Assembly: GCA_030648285.1 (NCBI GenBank)
Contig: JAUSIC010000003.1
Span: 1-48,283, forward strand
DNA length: 48,283 nt
Direction of reading: 5' to 3'
Source: Nanobdellota archaeon
GTDB taxonomy: Archaea; Nanobdellota; Nanobdellia; Pacearchaeales; GW2011-AR1
Shown here: positions 1 to 7,794 of the stretch, one piece after another
How the letters are laid out: each line of letters begins with the position of its first letter
Position numbering within the stretch: position 1 is the stretch's first letter
Program-made: the position numbers and the translations under genes
Notes under the pieces: generated by a model
Told to the model about the DNA's origin: nothing
Databases searched by the model: none
What the model saw: only the letters and a program-made list of their open reading frames with translations

Positions 1-54
1 CCAGAAGAAATAAAAAAAGTAAAGAAGACAAAGAAGAAGGGGGCTAGTGAGTAA
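1..54 (+). CDS. rps3: 3' end of a gene, probably ribosomal protein uS3 (partial)
   Basis: Frame 1 reads PEEIKKVKKTKKKGASE* (TAA 52-54); identity inferred only from position before rpl29. Confidence 0.6.
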   Translation, partial: PEEIKKVKKTKKKGASE

Positions 55-66
55 TAACGAAATAAC

Positions 67-243
67 ATGGCAAAATTAAAATCAAAAGATATTCAAAAAA
101 TGAGTAAACAAGAAAAGGAAAAGAAATTAAAAGAACTTAAAATGGAATTAGTGAAGTCAAAAGCAGGTTCTGCAAAAGGCGGAAGTTCAAGGACAAAGGA
201 AATTAAAAAAATTATTGCAAGAATCATCACGCTCAACAAATAA
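67..243 (+). CDS. rpl29: 50S ribosomal protein uL29 (58 aa; absent from ORF track)
   Basis: Manual translation MAKLKSKDIQKMSKQEKEKKLKELKMELVK...EIKKIIARIITLNK*; L29 C-terminal IARI motif and synteny. Confidence 0.92.
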   Translation: MAKLKSKDIQKMSKQEKEKKLKELKMELVKSKAGSAKGGSSRTKEIKKIIARIITLNK

Positions 244-540
244 ATGGAAATATGTCCAAAATGTGGCTTGCCAATGCAGGCCTGTGTTTGTGAACAAATC
301 ACAAAGGGTTCACAAAGGATAAAGGTAACGCTCGATAAGAAGCGTTATGGGAAAATCGTAACTGTCGTAACAGGGTTTGACAGCAGCATTGACGTACAGA
401 AAATCGCCAAGTCTCTGAAAAATGAGCTTGCTTGCGGTGGAACGTCAAAGAACAACGAAGTTGAGCTGCAAGGAGATCACTCGAAGAAAATTCGAGCAAT
501 CCTGGTTAAACTCGGGTTCAACGAAGAATCTATAGATTAA
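244..540 (+). CDS. sui1: Translation initiation factor aIF1/SUI1
   Basis: N-terminal CPKCGLP..C.C, KKRYGKIVT, LACGGT, ELQGDH motifs. Confidence 0.95.
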   Translation: MEICPKCGLPMQACVCEQITKGSQRIKVTLDKKRYGKIVTVVTGFDSSIDVQKIAKSLKNELACGGTSKNNEVELQGDHSKKIRAILVKLGFNEESID

Positions 541-585
541 CCCAACTTATATTCAAAAACACAGAAGAGGAGAAACAGAAAGAAA

Positions 586-957
586 ATGAAAAAAACAGAA
601 ACAAAAGTAGAAGAAAAAGGAAAGAAAATCTTAGTTGGAACTCTTGAGGACTGCCATGACAAAAATTGTCACATTCACGGAAACCTGAAAACTCGTGGAA
701 GAACATTTGAAGGAACAGTTACAAAAAAATTTCCACACAGAATTACAATTGAATTTGAAAGAATGATTTACTCAAGAAAATATGAAAGATACTACAAATC
801 AAAAACAAAACTTCATGCAAAACTTACAAAATGCATGGAAAAATATATTGATGTTGGAGATTTGATAAAAATACAGGAAACACGTCCGTTGAGCAAGATT
901 ATTCATTTTGTTGTTATAGACAAAATAAAAAGCAAGGAGGAAGTTCATAGAAAATGA
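586..957 (+). CDS. rps17: 30S ribosomal protein uS17
   Basis: C.DKNC..HG.L..RGR, KYERY, ETRPLSK motifs. Confidence 0.96.
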   Translation: MKKTETKVEEKGKKILVGTLEDCHDKNCHIHGNLKTRGRTFEGTVTKKFPHRITIEFERMIYSRKYERYYKSKTKLHAKLTKCMEKYIDVGDLIKIQETRPLSKIIHFVVIDKIKSKEEVHRK

Positions 958-974
958 GCGCTAATTTCAAATGA
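954..974 (+). other. 6-codon bridging mini-ORF MSANFK* linking rps17 and rpl14
   Basis: ATGA overlap with rps17 stop (954-957) and ATGA overlap with rpl14 start (971-974); AAATGA at both ends. Confidence 0.5.
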
Positions 975-1372
975 AAGCAATATCAGCAAGAGCAACAAAC
1001 GCATTGAACTTAGGAACAATAGTTGTAATCGCAGATAACAGCGGAGGAAGAATTGGAAGAATAGTCTCTGTAAAGAGAGCAAAAGGAACAAAAGGAAGAC
1101 AAGTGTCAGCGAAAATAGCAGACTGGGTAAAAGTTAGCGTAAGAAAGGGAATACCAGACATGAAAGGAAAAGTCTTTGATGCTGTTGTTATAAGACAAAG
1201 ACAAGCTTATAGAAGACTGACTGGAGAAAGAGTTGCTTTTGAAGACAATGCTGTTGCAATACTCAAGGATGAAAAAGGAAATCCAAAGGGAACACAAATT
1301 AAAGGACCTGTTGCAAGGGAAGTAATGGAAAGATGGAGTTCTGTAGCTAAACTTGCATCAGTTGTATATTAA
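971..1372 (+). CDS. rpl14: 50S ribosomal protein uL14
   Basis: ADNSG, AVVIRQR, FEDNAVAI, PKGTQIKGPVAREV motifs. Confidence 0.97.
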   Translation: MKAISARATNALNLGTIVVIADNSGGRIGRIVSVKRAKGTKGRQVSAKIADWVKVSVRKGIPDMKGKVFDAVVIRQRQAYRRLTGERVAFEDNAVAILKDEKGNPKGTQIKGPVAREVMERWSSVAKLASVVY

Positions 1373-1373
1373 A

Positions 1374-1826
1374 ATGAACAAGAAATTTTCAAAACATTGG
1401 AAGTCAAGCAGAAAACCAAGAAAACAAAGAAAGTACATAGCAAAAGCTCCGATTCATATAAAGAGAAAAATGCTTCATGTTCAGTTGTCAAAAGAATTAA
1501 GAAAAAAGTATGGAATAAGGAATATAACAATAAACAAAGGAGACACTGTAAAAGTCATGAAAGGGAAATTCAAGAAAAAACAAGGAAAAGTAACAGAAGT
1601 GAATACAAAAAGACTAAGAATATTTGTTGAAGGAGTTCAAGTAAGAAAACAGGATGGAAGCAAAGCAAATGTTTTCATAAGACCTGCGAACTTGCAAATT
1701 GTTGAATTAAATCTTGAGAAGAAAAGAAGCAAGATTGAAAGAATGAAAAAAGAAACCAAAGAAAAAGTAAAAGAAGAAAAAACAGAAAGCAAAGTTAAAG
1801 AAAAAATCACGGAGGAAAAGAAATAA
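1374..1826 (+). CDS. rpl24: 50S ribosomal protein uL24
   Basis: PRKQRKY..AP.H, KGDTVKVMKGKFK KOW motif; start moved to ATG 1374 (TAAAATG junction). Confidence 0.95.
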   Translation: MNKKFSKHWKSSRKPRKQRKYIAKAPIHIKRKMLHVQLSKELRKKYGIRNITINKGDTVKVMKGKFKKKQGKVTEVNTKRLRIFVEGVQVRKQDGSKANVFIRPANLQIVELNLEKKRSKIERMKKETKEKVKEEKTESKVKEKITEEKK

Positions 1827-1876
1827 TGACAGAACTAAAGTTCAGCACAAATAAAAATTCGGGAGAATTTTCATAA
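1826..1876 (+). mobile_element. Start-codon repeat element copy 1 (mini-ORF MTELKFSTNKNSGEFS*)
   Basis: TAATG overlaps at both ends; flanking 9-nt direct repeat ATAATGACA; 3' half matches copy 6a except 2 loop bases; hairpin AAAATTC-GGGA-GAATTTT. Mobility is inferred. Confidence 0.75.
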
Positions 1877-2517
1877 TGACACACTTGAAAAGACAGCAAT
1901 CACCAAAGAGCTGGCCTGTTGTAAGAAAAGGAACAAAATACTTAGTAAAACCCAAATCAAATGGAATTCCAATGCTTATAATTTTAAGAGACATGCTTGA
2001 AGTTGCACAGAACAGAAAAGAAGTAAAGAGGGCAATCAACATGAAAAATATTCTATTGAATCAAAAACAAGTGAAAGATGAAAAAAACAGCGCTGTTTTA
2101 TTTGATACAATAAGTGTTATTCCTACAAAGAAGAATTACAGGATAACTTTCTCTGAAAAAGGAAGATTTCAGCTTGATGAAATAAAAGAAAATGAAACAA
2201 ACAACAAGATAGCAAAAATAATCAACAAGAAAATGCTCAAAGGAAAGAAAACGCAAATTAATCTTAGCGATGGAAGAAATTTCTTGTCTGACTTGAAATG
2301 CAATGTAAATGATTCTGTATTAGTAAATCTAAAAGAAAAGAAAATAGAAAAATGCATTCCATTAAAAGAAAAATCAAACATCTTTGTATTTGAAGGAAAA
2401 CACGTTGGAAAACAAGGAATAATTGAAAAGATAATTCCAGAACAAAAAATGGTTGAAGCAGATGTTAAAGGAAATAAAATTCAGGTTTTAATTAAACAAC
2501 TTATGGTAATAGAATAA
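1876..2517 (+). CDS. rps4e: 30S ribosomal protein eS4
   Basis: HLKR..PKSWPV.RK, LRDML, QINLSDGRN, GKHVG motifs. Confidence 0.95.
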   Translation: MTHLKRQQSPKSWPVVRKGTKYLVKPKSNGIPMLIILRDMLEVAQNRKEVKRAINMKNILLNQKQVKDEKNSAVLFDTISVIPTKKNYRITFSEKGRFQLDEIKENETNNKIAKIINKKMLKGKKTQINLSDGRNFLSDLKCNVNDSVLVNLKEKKIEKCIPLKEKSNIFVFEGKHVGKQGIIEKIIPEQKMVEADVKGNKIQVLIKQLMVIE

Positions 2518-2518
2518 A

Positions 2519-3013
2519 ATGTCAAACATAATGAGAACAATAAAAATCGAGAAGGTTGTTTTAGGAATAGGTGCAACAGGAGACAATCTTGAGAAAGGAA
2601 TAAAACTTCTTGAATTAATAACAGAGAGAAAAGCTTCAAGAAGAACTTCTGCCAAGAGAATTCCTTCTTTAGGAGTAAGGCCTAAATTGCAAGTAGGAGC
2701 AATTGTTACAATAAGAAAAGAACCTGAGAAGATATTAAAGAGAATGCTTTCTGCAATTGATAATAGATTAAAAACAAAACAAATGAGCGAAAATAATTTT
2801 TCATTCGGAATAAAAGAATATATTGAAATTCCTGGAATGGAATTCCAAAGAGATATTGGAATCATGGGGCTTGACGTAACAGTAGTATTCAAAAGAACAG
2901 GAAGAAGAGTAAAATTAAGAAAAGTCAAAACAGGAAAAGTTCCAAAAAGACAAGTAATAACAAAAGAAGAAATAATTAAATTCATGGAGGACAACTTTCA
3001 GACAAAGTTCTAA
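2519..3013 (+). CDS. rpl5: 50S ribosomal protein uL5
   Basis: MR.IKIEKVV, NFSFGIKEYIEIPG, IGIMGLDV motifs. Confidence 0.97.
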   Translation: MSNIMRTIKIEKVVLGIGATGDNLEKGIKLLELITERKASRRTSAKRIPSLGVRPKLQVGAIVTIRKEPEKILKRMLSAIDNRLKTKQMSENNFSFGIKEYIEIPGMEFQRDIGIMGLDVTVVFKRTGRRVKLRKVKTGKVPKRQVITKEEIIKFMEDNFQTKF

Positions 3014-3014
3014 A

Positions 3015-3245
3015 ATGACAGCAAGCGATTGGAAAAAAGTATTAAAACAGATTGAAAACAAACCTGTAAAAAGGGACAAATTTACTAAACATAACAAGCC
3101 AAAGCAAAGAACAACAGGAATTGCAATGAAAAAATGCGAAAGATGTGGAAGATTTGGCGCTCATATCAGTTCATATGGATTAAACTTATGCCGACACTGC
3201 TTCAGGGAAACTGCAGTAGAAATCGGTTTCAAAAAATACAACTAA
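3015..3245 (+). CDS. rps14: 30S ribosomal protein uS14 (zinc-binding, N-terminally extended)
   Basis: CERCG...YGLNLCRHCFRE.A..IGFKKY. Confidence 0.96.
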   Translation: MTASDWKKVLKQIENKPVKRDKFTKHNKPKQRTTGIAMKKCERCGRFGAHISSYGLNLCRHCFRETAVEIGFKKYN

Positions 3246-3246
3246 A

Positions 3247-3303
3247 ATGTCAACTCCATTCCACAATTTCAAATTAAATAAAATGATGACAGCAAAATTG
3301 TAA
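3247..3303 (+). other. Bridging mini-ORF MSTPFHNFKLNKMMTAKL* between rps14 and rps8; possible degenerate element copy
   Basis: Open frame fills the whole gap; flanked by 9-nt direct repeat TAAAATGTC (3243-3251, 3301-3309); CCACAATTTCAAATT resembles core CCACAAATACAAAAT. Confidence 0.55.
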
Positions 3304-3304
3304 A

Positions 3305-3685
3305 ATGTCGCAAGATATTGTTTCGGACGCATTAAACATGATAAGAAATGCCAAAAGGGCAAGAAGAGATAGTGTGAAAATCAATAGAATATCAAATCTC
3401 TTAATCGAAGTTCTGAAAATAATGAAAGAGAAAGAAGCAATAAAGAAATACAAGATTGACAGCAAGGAAAAATCAATAGAAGTAACATTCGGAGATTTCA
3501 CAGAATGCAGAGCAATAAAGCCAAGATTCACTGCAGACAAAACTCAAATTGAAAAATACAGAAGAAGATATCTTCCTGCAAGAAACTTAGGAACAATAAT
3601 CATTTCAACAAATAAAGGATTAATGACTCACGAAGAGGCATTTGCAGAAGGAATTGGAGGAATCCTTGTTGCGTATTTTTATTAA
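3305..3685 (+). CDS. rps8: 30S ribosomal protein uS8
   Basis: D.VSDALNMIRNA, AIKPRF, YLPARNLG.IIISTNKGLMTH motifs. Confidence 0.97.
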   Translation: MSQDIVSDALNMIRNAKRARRDSVKINRISNLLIEVLKIMKEKEAIKKYKIDSKEKSIEVTFGDFTECRAIKPRFTADKTQIEKYRRRYLPARNLGTIIISTNKGLMTHEEAFAEGIGGILVAYFY

Positions 3686-3686
3686 A

Positions 3687-3944
3687 ATGAACGAAAAACC
3701 AAGAATAGAAAACAGAGTATCTGGATTAGGAAGAGCAGTAATATTTGGAGGAATTGCTATTCTTTATAGTAATCTTCTTTCTAATAATTTATTGGGGAAT
3801 AGTCTTAAAACTATTATGGATGCTGGATGTGCAATAGTAGCTACTGATGGTATCGGAGATTTAGTTACTGGACAAAATCATTATTTATCTTCAAGATTAA
3901 TTAAACATCTTAATGAAAGGAGAAATTTGAAATATTTAATATAA
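3687..3944 (+). CDS. Orphan small, probably membrane-associated protein (85 aa) inserted between rps8 and rpl6
   Basis: ATG 3687 one base after rps8 stop; stop one base before rpl6 ATG; Gly/Ala-rich hydrophobic segments; no family recognised. Confidence 0.7.
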   Translation: MNEKPRIENRVSGLGRAVIFGGIAILYSNLLSNNLLGNSLKTIMDAGCAIVATDGIGDLVTGQNHYLSSRLIKHLNERRNLKYLI

Positions 3945-3945
3945 C

Positions 3946-4488
3946 ATGAAAAAAGATTTATCGCAAACAATTGAAATTCCAGAAGGAGTGGAAGCGAACA
4001 TAGACGGAAGTTCAATCACTGTAAAGGGAAGCAAAGGAGAAAACAAAAGGACATTCAATGTCACAAATCTTTCTTTTGAGAAAAAAGGAAATAAAATAGT
4101 TGTTGGAAACAAAAAAGCAACAAAAAAAGACAAAAGAATGATGAACACAATTGCAGCACATGTCAAGAACATGATAAAAGGAGTTCAGGAAAAATTTGAA
4201 TACAAATTAAAAGTGTGCTTCAGCCATTTCCCAATCACAGTTGAATTAAAAGGAAATGAAGGAATAATAAAAAATTTCTTGGGAGAAAAAACACCAAGAA
4301 AAATGAAAATCAAAGAAGGTGCAGAAGTGAAAGTGGACAAAGATATAATCACAATAACCTCAACAGACAAGGAGATAGCAGGAAAAGTTGCAGCTGATTT
4401 TGAAAGAGCAACATGGATAAGAATGAGAGATAGAAGAATTTTCCAAGATGGCATTTTCATAACAAGTAAAGCAGGAGAAGATATCTGA
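3946..4488 (+). CDS. rpl6: 50S ribosomal protein uL6
   Basis: IEIPEGV, SHFPI, NFLGEK, RDRRIFQDGIFI motifs. Confidence 0.97.
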   Translation: MKKDLSQTIEIPEGVEANIDGSSITVKGSKGENKRTFNVTNLSFEKKGNKIVVGNKKATKKDKRMMNTIAAHVKNMIKGVQEKFEYKLKVCFSHFPITVELKGNEGIIKNFLGEKTPRKMKIKEGAEVKVDKDIITITSTDKEIAGKVAADFERATWIRMRDRRIFQDGIFITSKAGEDI

Positions 4489-4964
4489 TGTCTAAAGAAT
4501 TTTTGAAGCGTGGTTGGAAGAGATATTCAAGACTAGGAAGAAAAAGAAAAAAAATAAGAGTATGGAGAAGAGCAGCAGGAAGACAAAACAAGATGAGAGA
4601 AAGAAAAAGAGGATACACAAACATAGTCAGCATTGGTTATGGAAGAGAAAAATCAGGAAGAGGAAAAGTTCAAGACAAAGTTCCTGTAATGGTTCACAAT
4701 CTTAAAGAATTAGCAAAAGTAAAGAAAACTGAAATAGTAATAATCGCAAACGTTGGAAAAAAGAAAAAAATGGAAATAGCAAAAAAAGCAAATGAAATGA
4801 AATTAGATGTTCAAAACTTAAACGTAAAAAGATTTTTGAAGAAAGCAGAAAGAAAAGCGAAACAGATAGGAAATCTGAAAAACGGACAAGCCGTTTTAAA
4901 GAAAGAAGTTAAAAAGGAAGAAAAAAAGACAGAAGTAAAGACTAAGGAGGAAAAGAAAAAATGA
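4488..4964 (+). CDS. rpl32e: 50S ribosomal protein eL32 with Lys/Glu-rich tail
   Basis: WRRAAGRQNKMR, SIGYG, VHNLKEL, VGKKKK motifs; synteny. Confidence 0.92.
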   Translation: MSKEFLKRGWKRYSRLGRKRKKIRVWRRAAGRQNKMRERKRGYTNIVSIGYGREKSGRGKVQDKVPVMVHNLKELAKVKKTEIVIIANVGKKKKMEIAKKANEMKLDVQNLNVKRFLKKAERKAKQIGNLKNGQAVLKKEVKKEEKKTEVKTKEEKKK

Positions 4965-5365
4965 ACCTCACAAAGAAAAAAGAATTAGCAAAGAAGACTT
5001 TGAAAGTTGGAAAAGACAGAATTGCATTCGTTGATGCAAGATTAGATGAAATCAAAGAAGCAATAACAAGACAAGATATTCTTGATTTAGTGAACGAAGG
5101 AGCAATCATAGTAAAACCTGTAAAAGGAAGACTGAAAAAAACAAAGAAAAAATCAAGAAGTGTTGGAAACATAAGAAAGAAACCAAATGTGAGGAAGAAA
5201 ACCTATGTAATACTTGTAAGAAAACAAAGAAGTTATGTAGCAGAATTAAAAAGACAAAAAGAAATAACAAATGAAGAATTTAAAATGCTCAGAAGAAAAA
5301 TAAGAAACAAAGATTTCAGAAATAAAGCTCACTTAAGAGAATATAGCCAGGAGATGAAAAAATGA
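4961..5365 (+). CDS. rpl19e: 50S ribosomal protein eL19
   Basis: LKVGKDRI, EAITRQDI.DLV.EGAI, FRNKAHL motifs. Confidence 0.94.
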   Translation: MNLTKKKELAKKTLKVGKDRIAFVDARLDEIKEAITRQDILDLVNEGAIIVKPVKGRLKKTKKKSRSVGNIRKKPNVRKKTYVILVRKQRSYVAELKRQKEITNEEFKMLRRKIRNKDFRNKAHLREYSQEMKK

Positions 5366-5865
5366 CTAGAATGAGAAAAGTACCAAAGAGAAGAAGACAA
5401 GAAGGAAAAACAGATTATGCAAAAAGAATGAAATTGCTTAAAGGCAATTCTCCAAGAATAATCTTCAGAAGAACAAACAGATACATAATCAGCCAATATG
5501 TAACAAGCAAAGAAGCTCAAGACAAGATAGTTTTCGGAACAAGTTCAAAAGAATTATTGAAACATGGATGGCCGAAAGAAGCATCAGGAAGCTTGAAATC
5601 ATTAACAGCATCTTACTTTACAGGATTTTTAGCAGGAAAGAAAATACTAAAAGAAAAATTAAAAGCTCCAATTCTCGACTTTGGTATGAATCTTGTTCTT
5701 CACAAATCAAGAGAATTTGCATTCATAAAAGGACTTGTTGATTCTGGTGTTAAAATAAAAACAGAAGAAAAAGCCTTTCCTGAAGAATCAAGAATAAAAG
5801 GAGAACACATGAAGAATAAAGTTCCATTCGCAAAAATTAAAGAAAATATAGAAGGAGAAAAATAA
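5362..5865 (+). CDS. rpl18: 50S ribosomal protein uL18
   Basis: RRRQEGKTDY.KR.KLL, RRTNRYII.Q, SKEL..HGW, RIKGEH motifs. Confidence 0.96.
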   Translation: MTRMRKVPKRRRQEGKTDYAKRMKLLKGNSPRIIFRRTNRYIISQYVTSKEAQDKIVFGTSSKELLKHGWPKEASGSLKSLTASYFTGFLAGKKILKEKLKAPILDFGMNLVLHKSREFAFIKGLVDSGVKIKTEEKAFPEESRIKGEHMKNKVPFAKIKENIEGEK

Positions 5866-5866
5866 A

Positions 5867-5971
5867 ATGACAGAAATAGGAAATTTCACTGCAGACAAGA
5901 AGTCAGCCGTTCGTTCGTCAAAGCCGAGCGACAGCACAAATACAAAATCGGCATGGAGGTATTTTGCATAA
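5867..5971 (+). mobile_element. Start-codon repeat element copy 2 (mini-ORF MTEIGNFTADKKSAVRSSKPSDSTNTKSAWRYFA*)
   Basis: 5866-5942 identical (77 nt) to reverse complement of 28584-28660; 5940-5974 identical (35 nt) to 10126-10160; carries GGAGGT and ends in TAATG overlapping rps5. Mobility is inferred. Confidence 0.8.
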
Positions 5972-6732
5972 TGGCAGAAGAAAAAACAGAAGAACAAATC
6001 AGCCAGGAAATGCTGGAAAAAGAACTTGAAAAAGAAATAATAGAAAAACAAGTAGTAGAAAGAAGCAAAGAAGAAATGGAGAGGGATGACAAGATTGCTT
6101 CTTGGGTTCCAAAAACAAAACTTGGAAGAGAAGTAAAAGAAGGAAAAATCAAAAAAATAGATGAAATTCTTGATGCTAAGCAAAAAATCTTAGAAGAACA
6201 AATTGTTGAAAAATTGCTTAATCTAAAATCAGATTTAATTTCAATTGGGCAATCAAAAGGAAAATTCGGTGGAGGAAAAAGAAGAGCCTGGAGACAAACT
6301 CAAAGAAAAACAAAAGAAGGGAATGTTCCGACTTTCTCAACAATGGCTGTTGTAGGAGATGGAAATGGGCATGTAGGAGTAGGCATGGGAGAAGCAAAAG
6401 AAACTCTTCCTGCAAGAGACAAAGCAATAAGAAAAGCAAAAATAAATATTATAAAAATTATCAGAGGATGCTCAAGTTTTGATTGCAATTGTTCTGAACC
6501 TCACACAATTCCATTTCAAGTAGAAGGAAAATCAGGAAGTGTAAGAATAACCTTGATTCCAGCACCTCAAGGAACAGGATTAGTTATCGGAAATGAATTG
6601 AAAAAAGTATTAAAACTCGCAGGAATTAAAGATGTATATAGCAAGACATTTGGAAGCATTAGAACAACTTTTAATTTTGTTCAAGCTTGCATGGATGCCT
6701 TGAAGAAAACAAACCCAATTTATAGAAAATGA
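5971..6732 (+). CDS. rps5: 30S ribosomal protein uS5
   Basis: WVPKTKLG..VKEG, AVVGDGNGHVGVG, PAPQGTGL, LAGIKDV motifs; start set at 5971 because the MEVFCI prefix derives from the repeat. Confidence 0.96.
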   Translation: MAEEKTEEQISQEMLEKELEKEIIEKQVVERSKEEMERDDKIASWVPKTKLGREVKEGKIKKIDEILDAKQKILEEQIVEKLLNLKSDLISIGQSKGKFGGGKRRAWRQTQRKTKEGNVPTFSTMAVVGDGNGHVGVGMGEAKETLPARDKAIRKAKINIIKIIRGCSSFDCNCSEPHTIPFQVEGKSGSVRITLIPAPQGTGLVIGNELKKVLKLAGIKDVYSKTFGSIRTTFNFVQACMDALKKTNPIYRK

Positions 6733-7013
6733 AAAGTGCAACAGAGATTAAACAAGTAAGAAATTTAGAAGATTTAAGAGAAATACATGTAGATGATGCT
6801 GTTGAAGTTCCAACAATAGAAGCAAGAGGAATTGTTTATGGTTTTGATAAATTGTATGGATGGATGGACTTAATAGAAGATTGGGGTAATGGGTTATTAC
6901 AAGTGATGTATGTATTTAACAGAGATGAGATAATATTAAACAGCAGTACACTATTAAAAAAAGATGTTGAAAAATATGAAGCTAAATTAAGAGAAGTGGG
7001 GGTTATCAAATGA
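6729..7013 (+). CDS. Orphan acidic protein (94 aa) inserted between rps5 and rpl30
   Basis: ATGA overlaps with both neighbours; no family recognised. Confidence 0.72.
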   Translation: MKSATEIKQVRNLEDLREIHVDDAVEVPTIEARGIVYGFDKLYGWMDLIEDWGNGLLQVMYVFNRDEIILNSSTLLKKDVEKYEAKLREVGVIK

Positions 7014-7351
7014 TAGCAATAATAAGAATAACAGGGCAAATCAATCTTAGTGAGAACATAAAAGAAACTTTCCAAAGATTAAATCTAAAGAAAAAATATA
7101 CATGCATTGTTATTGAAGAAATGAATGATGTGCAAAAAGGAATGCTTAAAAAAATCAAAGACTTTGTTGCATACGGAGAATTAAACAAAGAAACTTATGA
7201 CAAGTTAGTTGAAAAAAGAGGACAAAAAGAAAAAAATATTTTCAGATTGCATCCTGCAAGAGGGGGAATCAATACAAAGAAAGCTTTTCCTAAAGGAGTT
7301 TTAGGAAATCACAAGCAAGAAATAAATAAATTAGTGGAGAGAATGCTCTAA
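7010..7351 (+). CDS. rpl30: 50S ribosomal protein uL30
   Basis: IAIIRI.G, GMLKKIKDFVAYGE, FRLHPARGG, INKLVERM motifs. Confidence 0.95.
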   Translation: MIAIIRITGQINLSENIKETFQRLNLKKKYTCIVIEEMNDVQKGMLKKIKDFVAYGELNKETYDKLVEKRGQKEKNIFRLHPARGGINTKKAFPKGVLGNHKQEINKLVERML

Positions 7352-7788
7352 TGATAAAAACACACAAACGAACAAAACAAAGCAGAAGGCACGGACAAGG
7401 AATGGGAAGTCATGGTAGAGGAGCAAGAAAAAAGGGAAAAGGAAAAGGACATCAAGGAGGAAAAGGAATGTCTGGAACAGGAAAAAGAGCAGGGCAAAAA
7501 GTAACATTAATGACTTCACTTTATGGGCATGGATATTTCGGAAAACAGGGAATAACAAGCAAAGGAACAGAAAGAGACAAGAGAGATAGAATAAACTTAA
7601 GAGATATTGAGAAACATCTTGACAAATATGGAAAAAAATCAGGAGACAAATGGGAAGTTGAATTAAAAGGATACAAGATTTTAGGAGAAGGAGAAGTAAC
7701 CAGTAAATTAATAATAAAGGCAAAAGAGGCTTCGAAATCAGCAATTGACAAAGTCAAAAGCGCTGGTGGAGAAATCATACTGAAATAA
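7351..7788 (+). CDS. rpl15: 50S ribosomal protein uL15
   Basis: HGRGARKKG.G.GH.GG.G..G, YFGKQG, KILGEG, ASKSA..KV..AGG motifs. Confidence 0.96.
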   Translation: MIKTHKRTKQSRRHGQGMGSHGRGARKKGKGKGHQGGKGMSGTGKRAGQKVTLMTSLYGHGYFGKQGITSKGTERDKRDRINLRDIEKHLDKYGKKSGDKWEVELKGYKILGEGEVTSKLIIKAKEASKSAIDKVKSAGGEIILK

Positions 7789-7794
7789 AATAAA

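Noticed and set aside
100-114. ATGAGTAAACAAGAA (MSKQE) resembling the start of copies 4-6b
   Set aside because: It lies inside the rpl29 coding sequence and none of the other element blocks follow; likely coincidence
5867-5971. Element as a tRNA, C/D-box RNA or ribosomal-protein autoregulatory leader
   Set aside because: No cloverleaf or box motifs seen, and the same sequence precedes non-ribosomal genes (GT-C, pfdA)
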